Shown piece by piece: positions 1 through 11,999 of a stretch of DNA of 64,000 nt. The stretch covers positions 37,326,001-37,390,000 of the forward strand of contig CM059432.1 of the NCBI GenBank assembly GCA_030390025.1. The letters are read 5' to 3'. The stretch's first letter is position 1, and each line of letters opens with the position of its first letter. The notes beneath the pieces are model-generated. The model saw only the letters and a program-made list of their open reading frames with translations. It was not told the origin of the DNA and made no database searches. Source of the DNA: Squalus acanthias. Its lineage: Eukaryota. The position numbers and the translations under genes are program-made.

Positions 1-2049
1 TATGGACCAGATGGACTTTTCTCACACTTCCTTTTGCGTGATTGTAGACTTAACCGAATTTGGCCGTACTATTCCATTGGTCTCCTCGCCCGCCTCACAA
101 CCTCCACCCTCCTTAAAATCCAGTTCATCCAAAACCTGCATCTTGAAAATCTTTTGAGTGGAAATCAATCTAACAAATTTTTAAAAATCATTTTGGACAC
201 ATGCGCCACTTCCTTGAGGAATTAATTACGGAGTGAGTGTGAAATTTTAGCCCCTGTGATTCCAAAGGCAACACATTTAAATCTGCTGCCAGATTTGCCA
301 AAATATTGGAACGGTAAATGACCATTTGATTCCTTTTTCAGAGGTCACCCCCATCTACCCACATTCTCACCAGCCCCCTCCTTCCTCCAGAACCCCAACT
401 GATTGTTTCTCCGATTCATTTCACTATCCACTTCTGCCTAGGTACCTTGTTCCACAACTTGATTAGCCTTTGGCTGAAAACTGTTCCCTTTCTTACTCCT
501 AATGTCCTCATTTTTTAATTTGCGTCCCCTGGGATCTGAACCCTTCTCCACACGGGATAATTTGCCCAGGTCAAATTTGTCATTCCCTTCATAACCTTGA
601 AAACTTCTGTTAAATGGTTCCTGCTTCTTCTAAACAAAGTGTCCCAGCTCCCTGCCATCCTGTTTGCTGCAGCGTATGTGAAGTAACAAATAGCTCAACA
701 TAGATCGGGAAGCAAAGTTAGGTCTTGATGGAGTCCCACTTTATTGAGTCTGATGTACCTCATTAATCTGCAAGTGTCACTTCCACAACAATCCCAAAGA
801 TTTAAAACTGCTGGTTTGGTGATACCTGATAGACTCTATATATTTCTCCCTTGCCTCCCTCTCTCTTTTTCTCTGCTCCAATTTGATTTAATCAGCTTTT
901 GTATTCTTTGCCCGTTTGCACAGTCTCTCATGTTCATCTTGACATTCTTAATTTACTAAGGAGGTTTAAACATAATTAGATAACCTGCAGGTTGCTTTCT
1001 TCTGCTGCGTCTTGAGGTTCTGCTTTGCGTATCCCACTCGGTGGTTCTGTCTTTCGACTTCACAAGACAAAGATTAAAGTGTACCAGACTCTCCAACCTC
1101 GATTTTAACTCCCACCACCTGGCAGAAACCAGGCAGGGGGGCAGTTAAAATGGAGCGGGGTGACTTACCCACTCCTTTCCCACCCCGATCTGACCGACTG
1201 CAATTTTCAAATTGCAGGCTGCACGGACACTCGCCCCAAGCCGGCAGGGTCCTCTTTAAATATGCAGATCGGGCTCCGATGACGTCATTGGCGCGTGATC
1301 AGCTATTTTAATCTGAGGCCTGAGCAGGGGGCTTCCCCACCAGGCCAACTCTGCCGGGAACAGCAGTCATGGCCAGAAGAGGTTCAGCGAAGTAAGTGTT
1401 TTTATAAAATTTGTTTCCTTCGGAGCCCACAAGGAAAACTTGGGCCTTTCCTGTCCCAGGTTCCCTGCCCCACCCCTTGATGGGGATTCCCCTCCCGGAG
1501 CCCTCTGAAGGACTTGCCTTGTGCCGGGGACCATTCCCGTGGACACGCAATGACTGTCTATCTGGGTGAAGTACCAGAGGGAAACCGACAGCCATGGGAA
1601 AATGGAACAAAGAAAGTTTAACCTTGTTACATCCCTCAGTACATCCCAAAGCTATTTTCACGTTGACTGAATTACAATGAATTAAAAAAGATGTGATAGA
1701 GCAGCAACAGCAGGTAATCGTAAATTCAGACAACAAATAAATAGAAAGACCCAGAGAGATAAGGGGACATGTTGCAAGCCCGCGAATTCAATTATCTATT
1801 GGTAGACAGCAACACTGATGGATTTAAAAGTAAACCTAATGGCAAACCCCCTCTGGGATTATAGTGCATCATTTAGTTCAATACCCAGATAGACTTGAAG
1901 AGCATAAAACTCTGGTTCGATTGAATTATTTGTTCAAATGACTTAAATTCCTTTTAATTTTCAAAATGTAGATCTCTTCCATATATTAAATAAAACATCC
2001 TCAGCTCAAAGGCCATCAGAAATGTAGAAACTACAAGATATAATCCAAA

Positions 2050-2198
2050 GAAAGATTTATATAGCACCTTTCACGAACTCAGGACTTCCCAAAGAGTTTT
2101 ACAGCCAATGAAGTACTTTTGAAGTGTAGCCACTATTGTAATGTAGGAAACGTGACAGCCAATTTACAAACAGCAAGATCCCACAAACAACAGTAACC
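2050..2198 (-). mobile_element. Deu-domain SINE (SacSINE1/AmnSINE1-like) 3' fragment
   Basis: atttatatagcacctttca...gaagtacttttgaagtgtag...cagcaagatcccacaaaca, matching copies at 17130, 21740 and 22340. Confidence 0.7.
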
Positions 2199-2507
2199 AG
2201 ACAATAAAAACAGAAAATGCTGAAATACTCAGCAGTTAAGGCAGCATCTATGGAGAGAGAAACAGAGTTAACGTTTCAGGTCGATGACCTTTCGTCAGAA
2301 CTGGAAAAAGTTAGAGATGTAACAGATTTTAAGCAAGTGCAGGGTAGGGAAATGGGGGAGGGGAGGAACAAACAAAAGTGAAGGTCTGTGCTAGGGTGGA
2401 AGGCAGGAGAGATTAAATGACAAAAGGTATGATAGTACAAAGCAAAAGGAGATTGTAATGGGACAAGTAAAGAAACAAAAGATAAGTCTAGAAGAGGTGT
2501 AAATGGA
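2199..2507 (-). mobile_element. Penelope-like terminal fragment with minimal hammerhead motif, inserted into the SINE
   Basis: Minus strand reads agtt-CTGACGA-aaggtcatcgacct-GAAAC-GTT-aact; SINE sequence (tctgttttagtgatgttgg...) resumes after ~2508. Confidence 0.6.
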
Positions 2508-2579
2508 CAATCTGTTTTAGTGATGTTGGCTGAGTGGCCAGGACACCGGGGAGGATTCCCCTGCTCTTCAAAATATTGC

Positions 2580-3256
2580 AATTTGTTTAATTCTCACTTG
2601 GAGAAGAATGGGTTAATAAGGGATAGCCAGCACGGATTTGTTAAAGGCAAATCGTGTCTTAATAACCTGATTGAGTTCTTTGATGAAGTAACAGAGAGGG
2701 TTGATGAAGGTAGTGTAGTAGATGTTGTATATATGGACTTTCAAAAGACATTTGATAAAGTACCTCATAACAGACTTATTCAGAAAATAGAAGCACATGG
2801 AATTAAAAGCACGATGGTAACTTGGGTAACTAATTAGAGGCAGAGAATAGTGGTGAGACCTAGTAGTTAAGGGGAGACCTAATAGAGATATTCAAAATTA
2901 TGAGGGGTTTTGAAGAGCAAGTGGGGAGAAACTGTTTCCTCTGGCAAGTGGGTCGATAACAGAGCTCATAAATTTAAAATAATTGGCAAAAGAACTAGAG
3001 GGAAATGAGGAGAAATTATTTCACGCAGAGGGTTGTTATGATATGGAATGCACTATCTGAAAGGGTGGTGGAATCAGATTCCATAGCAACTTTCAAAAGG
3101 CAATTGGACATGTAGTTGAAGAAAACTAATTTGCAGAGTTATGTGGAAAAAGCTGGGGTCGGGGTCTGGGAATGGGACTAAATTGGACAGCTCTTTCAAA
3201 GAGCCGGCACAGGTGTGATGGGCCAAATGGCCCCATTCTGTGCTGTAAGATTCTAT
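2580..3256 (+). mobile_element. CR1 LINE fragment, internally deleted, with 3' tail
   Basis: RT segment DSQHGFVKGKSCLNNLIEFF...DFQKTFDKVPH joined near 2870 to the CR1 3' region ending ggccaaatggcc...gattctat. Confidence 0.85.
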
Positions 3257-5125
3257 GGGGGAAAAATTGGTGATCACCAGCAAAGCAGTCGGTGTCACCG
3301 CCAAATGCCGTTAACGGCCGCCCGAAATGGCTGCAGCGCTAACAGACCTAAATTGGTCTGGGGGGCATGGAGGTAGGTGGCGCAGCGCTAACCTTGGGTG
3401 CAACGCCGTCCTGGTGGTGTTGCACGAGGGATCCGGGACCAATTTGTAGTCCTGGTGCGGCGTTGCTGCTTCCCCGAGCGTCTGTGTGCGAGGCTATGAA
3501 GCTCGCAATGCATTGTGGGCAGTGAGGAGCTCTGAAATTTAAAGGGGCCATGCACATTGAAGCAAGACAAAATAAAATGCACTGACTCAATACATTTTTC
3601 AGCCCTTTCTGTCTTTTTACAAATATTCAATATTTAAAAGCTGAATTACCTTCTCAAACTGAACAAATGCAAAAACTGCCTCAGCACTAATACAAATGGC
3701 TCATCAAACCAGGGAAAGGGCACCCAGGGTCTTGCACGCAGCACTGGAAGAAGCACTGAAAGTAGCAAGGGCACAGAATGTACTCTGGGTGGGGGACTTC
3801 AATGTCTATCACCAAGAGTGGCTCGGTAGTACCACTGCTGACTGAGGTGGCTGAGTCCTGAAGCTGCCAGTCTGGGCCTGCGACAGGTGGTGAGAGAACC
3901 AACACGATGGAAAAACCTACTTGACCTCGTCCTCACCAATCTTCCTGTCACAGATGTATCTGTCCATGACAGTATTGGTAGCAGTGACCACCGCACAGTC
4001 ATTGTGGAGACGAAGCCCCGTCTTCACACTGAGGACACCCTCCATCGTGTTGTGTGGCACTACCACCGTGCTAAATGGGATAGATTCAAAACTGGGCATC
4101 CATGAGGCACGGTGGGCCATCAGCAGCAGCAGAATTGTACTCCACCACAATCTGTAACCTCATGGCCTGGCATATCCCCCACTCTACCATTACCATCAAG
4201 CCAGGGGACCAACCCTGGTTCAATAAGGAGTGTAGAAGAGCATGCCAGGAGCAGCACCAGGCATATCTAAAATGAGGTGCCAACCTGGGGAAGCTGCAAC
4301 ACAGGACTACATGCATGCTAAAAAGCAGAAGCTGCATGCTATAGACAGGGCTAAGATATCTCACAATCAACGGATCAAATCATAGCTCTGCAGTCCTGCC
4401 ACATCCAGTCGTGAATGGTGGTGGACAATTAAACAACCAATGGGAGGAGGAGGCTCCGTGAATATCCCCATCCTCAATGATGGTGGAGCCCAGCACGCGA
4501 GTGCAAAAGAAAAGGCTGAAGCGTTTGCAACCATCTGCAGCCAGAAGTGCTGAGTGGATGATCCATATTGGCCTACTCCTGAGGTCCGCACCACCACAGA
4601 AGCCAGTCTTCAGCCAATTTGATTCACTCCACGTGATACCAAGAAACGCTGAGCGCACTGCATACAGCAAAGGCTATGGGCCCCAACAACATCCCGGCTA
4701 TCGTGCTGAAGACTTGTGCTCCAGAACTAGTCGGGCCTCTAGCCAAGCTGTTCCAGTACAGCTACAACACTGGCATCTATCCGACAAAGTGGAAAACTGC
4801 CCAGGTATGTCCTGTCCACAAAAAGCAGGACAAATCCAATCCGGCCAATTACCGCCCCATCAGTCTACTCTCAATCATCAGCAAAGTGATGGAAGGTGTC
4901 ATCGACAGTGCTATCAAGCGGCACTTACTCACCAATAACCTGCTCACTGATGCCCAGTTTGGGTTCCGCCAAGACCACTCGGCTTCCAACCTCATTACAG
5001 CCTTGGTCCAAACATGGACAAAAGAGCTGAATTCCAGAGGTGAGGTGAGAGTGACTGCCCTTGACATCAAGGCAGCATTTGACCGAGTGTGGCATCAAGG
5101 AGTCCTAGTAAAACTGAAGTCAATG

Positions 5126-6946
5126 ACTAAAAGCTTCTATAGATATGTGAAGAGAAAAAGATTGGTGAAGTCAAGCATAGGTCCCTTGCAGTCAGAATCA
5201 GGGGAATTTATAATGGGGAACAAAGAAATGGCAGACCAATTAAATACATACTTTGGTTCTGTCTTCACAAAGGAGGACACAAATAACCTCCCAGAGATGT
5301 CGGGGAACATAGGGTCTAATGAGAGGGAAGAACTGAATTGAATCAGTATTTGTAGGGAAATGGTGTTAGGGAAATTGACGGGATTGAAGGCCAATAAATC
5401 CCCAGGGCCTGATAATCTACATCCTAGGGTACTTAAGGAAGTGGCCCTAGGAATAGTAGATGCATTGCTGGTCATCTTCCAAAATTCTATATACTCTGGA
5501 ACAGTTCCCATGGATTGGAGGGTAGCTAATGTAACCCCACTATTTAAAAAAGGTGGGAGAGAAAAAACGGGGAATTATAGACCGGTAAGCCTGACATCGG
5601 TAGTGGGGAAAATGCTAGAGTCCATTATAAAAGATGTAATAGCAGAGCACTTGGAAAACAGTGACAGGATCGGACAAAGTCAACTTGGATTTACAAAAGG
5701 TAAATCATGCTTGACTAATCTACTGGAATTTTTTGAGGATGTAACTGGTAGAATAGATAAGGGAGAACCAGTGGATGTGGTGTATTTGGACTTTCAGAAG
5801 GCTTTCGATAAGGTCCCGCATAAGAGATTGGCGTGCAAAGTTAAAGCACATGGGATTGGGGGTAAGGTACTGACTTGGATAGAGAACTGGTTGACAGACA
5901 GGAAGCAAAGAGTTGGAATAAACCGGTCTTTTTCCAAGTGGCAGGCAGTGACTAGTGGGGTACTGCAGGGATCGGTGCTAGGACCCCAGTTATTCACAAT
6001 ATATATTAATGATCTAGACGAGGGAACTAGATGTAATATCTCCAAGTTTGCAGACGACACAAAGCTGGGTGGGCGTGTGTGTTGTGAGGAGGATGCAGAG
6101 AAACTCCAGTATGATTTGGACAAGTTGGGTGATTGGGCAGATGCATGGCAGATGCAGTATAATGTAGATAAATGCGACGTTATCCACTTTGGTGGCAAAA
6201 ACAGGAAGGCAGATTATTATCTGAACGGCAATACATTGGGAGAAGGGGAAGTGCAACGAGACCTGGGAGTCCTTGTGCACCAGTCGTTGAAGGTAAGCAT
6301 GCAGGTGCAGCAGGCGGTTAAGAAGGCAAATGGTATGTTGGCCTTCATAGCGAGAGGATTCGAGTACAGGAGCAAGGATGTCTTGCTGCAGTTGTACAGG
6401 GCCTTGGTGAGACCACACCTTGAGTATTGTGTGCAGTTTTGGTCGCCTTATCTGAGGAAGGATGTTCTTGCCATGGAGGGAGTGCAGCGAAGATTCACCA
6501 GACTGATACCTGGGATGGCAGGAATGACGTATGAAGAGAGATTGGGACGATTGGGCTTGTATTCGCTAGAGTTTAGAAGAATGAGAGGGGATCTCATTGA
6601 AACTTATAAAATTCTAACAGGACTAGACAGACTAGATGCAGGAAGGATGTTCCCGATGGCGGGGGAGTCCAGAACCAGGGGTCACAGTCTAAGGATAAGG
6701 GTAAGCCATTAAGGACTGAGATGAGGAGGAATTTCTTCACCCAGAGTGTGGTGAACCTGTGGAATTCTCTACCACAGAAGGCAGTTGATTAGATATATTT
6801 CTTAAGGCTAAAGGGATCAAGGGATATGGGGAGAAAGCAGGGACAGAGTACTGAATTTGGATGATCAGCCATGATCTCATTAAATGGCGGAGCAGGCTCG
6901 AGGGGCCGAATGGCCTACTCCTGCTCCTATCTTCTATGTTTCTATG
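5126..6946 (+). mobile_element. 5'-truncated CR1 LINE with open RT domain (ORF 5360-6712)
   Basis: [52 protein letters not shown]; tail gccgaatggcctactcctgctcc...ttctatgtttctatg. Confidence 0.95.
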
Positions 6947-7070
6947 AATCGGGGGGAAAACTCTCCACTGGCTGGAGTCATACCTAGCACAAAGGAAGAT
7001 GGTTGTGGTGGTTGAAGGTCAATCATCACAGCCCTAGGACATCACTGCAGGAGTTCCTCAGGGCAGTGTC

Positions 7071-9419
7071 ATAGAAAAAATAAGAGTAGGAGTAGGCCAT
7101 TCCGCCCTTCGAGCCTGCTCCGCCATTCAATATGATCATGGCTGATCCTCTATCTCAATACCATATTCCCGCTCTCTCCCCATACCCCTTGATGCCTTTT
7201 GTGTCTAGAAATCTATCTATCTCCTTCTTAAATATATTCAGTGACTTGGCCTCCACAGCTGTATGTGGTAGAGAATTCCACAGGTTCACCACCCTCTGAG
7301 TGAAGAAATTTCTCCTCATCTCAGTCCTAAATGTCCTACCCCGTATCCTGAGACTGTGACCCCTCGTTCTAGAACCCGCAGCCAGGGGAAACATCCTCCC
7401 TGCATCCAGTCTGTCTAGCCCTGTCAGAATTTTATACGTTTCAATGAGATCCCCTCTTATTCTTCTAAACTCTAGTGAATACAGGCCTAGTCGACCCAAT
7501 CTCTCCTCATACGACAATCCTGCCATCCCAGGAATCAGTCTGGTGAACCTTCGCTGCACTCCCTCTATGGCAAGTATATCCTTTCTTAGGTATGGAGACC
7601 AAAACTGCACACAGTACTCCAGGTGTGGTCTCACCAAGGCCCGGTATAAGCGTAGTAAGACATCCTTGCTCCTGTACTCAAATCCTCTTGCAATGAAGGC
7701 CAACATACCGTTTGCCTTCCAAACTGCTTGCTGCACCTGCACATTTGCTTTCAGTGACTGGTGTACAAGGACACCCAGGTCCCTTTGTACATCAACATTT
7801 CCCAATCTATCACCATTTAAATAATACTATGCCTTTCTGTTTTTCCTACCGAAGTGGATAACTTCACATTTATCCACGTTATACTGCATCTGCCATGTCT
7901 TTGCCCACTCACTCAACTTGTCTAAATCGCCTTGAAGCCTCTTTGTATCCTCCTCACAACTCACAATCCCACCTAGTTTCATGTCGTTAGCAAACTTGGA
8001 AATGTTACATTTGGTTCCCTCATCTAAATCATTGATATATATTGTGAATAGCTGGGGTCCAAGCAGTGATCCCAGCGGTACCCCCTAGTCACCGCCTGCC
8101 ACTCCAAAAAAGACCCATTTATTCCTACTCTCTGTTTCCTGTCTGTTAACCAATTTTCAATCCATGCCAGTATATTACCCCCAATCCCATGTCCTTTAAT
8201 TTTGCACACTAACCTCTTATGTGGGACTTTATCAAAGGCCTTCTGAAAATCCAAATACACCACATCCACTGGCTCTCCCTTGTCTATTCTACCAGTTACA
8301 TCCTCAAAAAACTCCAGTAGGTTTGTCAAACACGATTTCCCTTTCATAAATCCATGTTGACTTTGTCAAATCCCATTGATATTTTCTAAGTGTCCTGTTA
8401 TCACATCCTTTATAATAGACTCTAGCATTTTCCCTACTGCTGATGTTAGGCTAACCGATCTGTAGTTCCGTTTTCTCTCTCCCTCCTTTTTTAAATAGTG
8501 GGGTTACATTTGCCACCCTCCAATCTGCAGGAACTGTTCCATAATCTATAGAATTTTGGAAGATGACAACCAATGCATCCACTATTTCCATAGCTACCTC
8601 TTTTAGTAGTCTGGGATTATCAGGCCCTGGGGATTTATCGGCTTTCAGTCCCATTAATTTCTCCAGCACTATTTTTTTATGAATACTAATTTCCTTTAAT
8701 TCCTCCTTCTCACTAGACCCTTGGTTCCCTAGCATTTCTGGGAAGTTATTTGTGTCCTCTTCCATGAAGACAGAACCAAAGTATTTGTTTAATTGCTCTG
8801 CCATTTCCTTGTTCCCCATTATAAATTCTCCTGTTTCTGACTGTAAGGGACCTACATTTGTCTTCACTAATCTTTTTCTTTTTACATACTTGTAGAAGCT
8901 TTTACAGTCCACTTTTATGTTCCTTGCAAGTTTACTCTCATACTCTATTTTCCTCCTCTTAATCCATCTCTTGGTCCTTTTTTGCTGAATTCTAAACTGC
9001 TCCCAATCCTCAGGCTTGCTACTTTTTCTGGCAACTTTATATGACTCCTCTTTGGATCTAATGCTATCCTTAATTTCTTTTGTTAGCCATGGTTGGGCCG
9101 CTTTTCCTTTTGTGTTTTTGCGCCAGAAAGGAAAACAATAACTGTTGCTATCCATGCATTCATTCCTTAAATGTTAGCCATTGCCTATCCACCGTCATGC
9201 CATTTAATGAAGCTCCCCAATCTATCATAGCCAACTCACTCCTCATACCTTCGTAGTTTCCTTTTAGATTTGTTTAGATTTAGGACCCTAGTTTCAGATT
9301 GGACTTCTTCACTTTCCATCTTAATGAAGAATTCTATCATGTTATGGTCACTCTTCCCTAAAGGACCCCGCACAACAAGATTATTAATTAACCCCTTCCC
9401 ATTGCACAATACCCAATAT
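7071..9419 (-). mobile_element. 5'-truncated CR1 LINE, frameshifted
   Basis: Minus-strand ORFs 7155-7805, 8024-8347, 8451-9155 and 9236-9430 encode RT, tether and endonuclease end (GKSDHNMIEF); tail at 7071. Confidence 0.95.
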
Positions 9420-11999
9420 CCTAGGCCCAACCATCTTCAGCTGCTTCATCAATGATCTTCCCTCCAACATAAGGTCAGAAATGGGGATGTTCGCTGATGA
9501 CTGCACAATGTTCAGTGCCATTCGCAACTCCTCAACTAATGAATCAGTCCACGCCCGCATGCAACAAGACGTGGACGACGGTCAGGCTTGGGCTGATAAG
9601 TGGCAGGTAACATTCGCGCCACAGAAGTGCCAGGCAATGACTATCTTCAACAAGCGAGAGTCTAACCACTGCCCCTTGACATTCAATGGCATTATCATCG
9701 CCCAATCCCCCAGCATCAACATCCTGGGGGGGTCACCATTGACTAGAAACTTAACTGGACCAGCCACATAAATACTTTGGCAACAAGAGCAGGTCAGAGG
9801 CTAGGTATTGTGCGGCAAGTGTCTCACCTCCTGACTCCCCAAAGCCTTTCCACGATCTACAAGGCACAAGTAAAGAGTTTGATGGAATATTCTCCACTTG
9901 CCTGGATGAGTGCAGCTCCAACAACACTCAAGAAGCTCGACACCATCCAGTACAAAGCAGCCTGCTCGATTGGCACCCCATCCACCACCTTAAACATTCA
10001 CTCCCTCCACCACCGGTGTACCGTGGCTGCAGTGTGTACCATCTACAAGATGCACTGCAGCAACTCGCCAAGGCTTCTTCGGCAGCACCTCCCAAACCCG
10101 CGACCTCTTCCACCTAGAAGGACAAGGGCAGCAGGTGCATGGGAACACCACCACCTCCAAGTTCCCCTCCAAGTCACACACCATCCTGACTTAGAAATAT
10201 ATCGCCGATCCTTCATCGTCGCTGGGTCAAAATCCTGGAATTCCCTCCCTAACAGCACTGTGGGAGTACCTTCACCACACGGACTGCAGCGGTTCAAGAA
10301 GGCGGCTCACCACCACCTTCTCAAGGGCAATTAGGGATGGGCAATAAATGCTGGTCTTGCCAGTGACGCCAACATCCCACAAATGAATAAACAAAAACTC
10401 CAGCTTTCTGCAGGGGGTCAACACTGCAAGACTTGCCCTCTACCCACAGAGGCCAGGAGGCCCTCCAGAAAGAACAATATGCGAGTACATTACCAAGGCT
10501 GTCACTGCCAGCAGTGTCGCCCCCACTACCTGGTTCCAGTGCCCAAAGAAGCTTCATGACCTCAGACCACTGGTCAAGGTCAGTGAATGCATCTTCAAAA
10601 GCCGTCACCTACCAACTGCACCACTAGCCTCACACACTGCTCAATGCAGAACCCCCAATCACTCACCTACCAACAGTCTGCACCAAATGACGAGACACAT
10701 CTCCCATTCCTAGCACCCAAGAAATGCAGCCTGCCCAGCCAGTGGGTCAACAAGATGAGGTAACCTGCCCAGTCAGTGGGACCGCAGGCGGATGATTCCA
10801 TCCCGGATACCCCGGCCACAAAAGGGCTGTCTGGGATGCATCCTTCTGTCTGATTCTCTTCGGCTTCCTCCTCTGCTGCGCCTCCTCTTCCCTCTTAAAG
10901 CGGATGCTGTAAATGTGAAATGACAGCATAGGATGCTGCAAATACTCAGTTGGTCAGGCAGCATGTCGACCTGAGACATGAACTCCACGGATGTAGAGTG
11001 ACCTGCTGAGTATTTGCAGCATGTTCTGTCTTCTCAAAGGCGTTCACTTACCATCCGAGCCCTTGCAAGCATCCAGCAGCACTCCCAAAACACTTAAAAA
11101 CTTTTCACATATATTGCAGTAAGCCACCACTTCAATAAAATCCCAAATACCAAGGCCAAACCCTTCTATTCAAACTTACCTGATTGATATGTGTGTCCCT
11201 TTAACAGCTGCAGATATCGCCCTTGTCCACGTATATCAGCCTGCTTGCACGGCAGGTTAACTTGGCGTGCTTAGGACCCAGCGCTGAATTGAGCACTAGG
11301 GTCGAAGTTTGCGTAGATGATGTTAAGTCGGCGTTGCACGCTGACGGATGTCACCACGCCGCCATTTTTTTTTACAGGGCGCTGCCGGTAACCGGCAGTG
11401 CAAAGGGGCCCAGGGATATGGTGGCCACCGCGGAGACTGCCTCCAGCTGGTGCAAGAGCGGCGGCCGCCATTTTTTTGAGAATCGCTGGCACTAACAGGT
11501 GGCGGTAAGTATATGAATTTCTCCCCCTATGATTCTACCCAACTAGAGAGGGCAATAGGAAGTATCAACAAAGTATGTTCTCCCTTTCTATAACGACTTT
11601 TTAACACCGTGACCACCTTATGTGCCAGCTAACTTACTTACTTTAGTTTCTAATCTACTACTGCAACAAAGTCCTCCCTGAGCGGCATCAGGTTGAACAA
11701 TGTGGGGGAGGATGGGGGGCTGGGTCAGTTGCCCTGGAGCCTTATAAATCTGAGGTGATTCTAATTTCAGGGTAGCTGCTGACCCAGAGAGACCTTCAGG
11801 CAGCCTGACATTTGCAGTAGCAAAGGGGCTGGGCCCATGTCTGAAGCTCTTCTGAGAAGGCATTGGATGTGGTCTTAAGGAACATCAGCAGTAACACCTG
11901 CATCCATTCCTTTTTATAATTCATTCTCGGGATGTGGCAAGGCCAGCATTAATTGTCCATCCTTAGTTGCCCTGAAGTGGTGGTAGTGGACCTTTTTTT

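Larger units (their letters stand above)
3742..10397 (+). mobile_element. Non-LTR retrotransposon family B (CR1/L2-group, APE endonuclease + RT), decayed and interrupted twice by CR1 copies
   Basis: LDLVLTN and SDH endonuclease motifs, NYRPISLL, LDIKAAFDRVWH, FADD. Pieces 3742-5125, 6947-7070 and 9420-10397 are colinear with the copy at 17770-20378. Confidence 0.9.
3696..10578 (+). pseudogene. Harbinger Myb/SANT-like DNA-binding gene remnant, split by a LINE (3696-3746 plus ~10399-10578)
   Basis: MAHQTRERAPRVLHAAL before the LINE and FLQGVNTARLALYPQRPGGPPERTICEYITKAVTASSVAPTTWFQCPKKLHDLRPLVK|gtcagt after it. The TW.QC.KK..DL....K pattern is typical of Myb/SANT-like trihelix domains. Confidence 0.7.
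3257..11527 (+). mobile_element. Degenerate PIF/Harbinger-type DNA transposon containing nested LINEs
   Basis: Ends GGGGGAAAAATT ... AATTTCTCCCCC with TAT duplicated on both sides (gattcTAT|...|TATgattc); GC-rich subterminal regions; Myb/SANT-like coding remnant. Confidence 0.8.

Noticed and set aside
1095..1520. Possible further DNA-transposon fragment (cgattttaac...gttaaaat, gatgacgtcat)
   Set aside because: No matching second terminus or TSD found, so it cannot be classified.
4676..5341. 221-aa ORF as a novel RT protein
   Set aside because: Chance in-frame fusion of family-B RT with the CR1 inserted at 5126.
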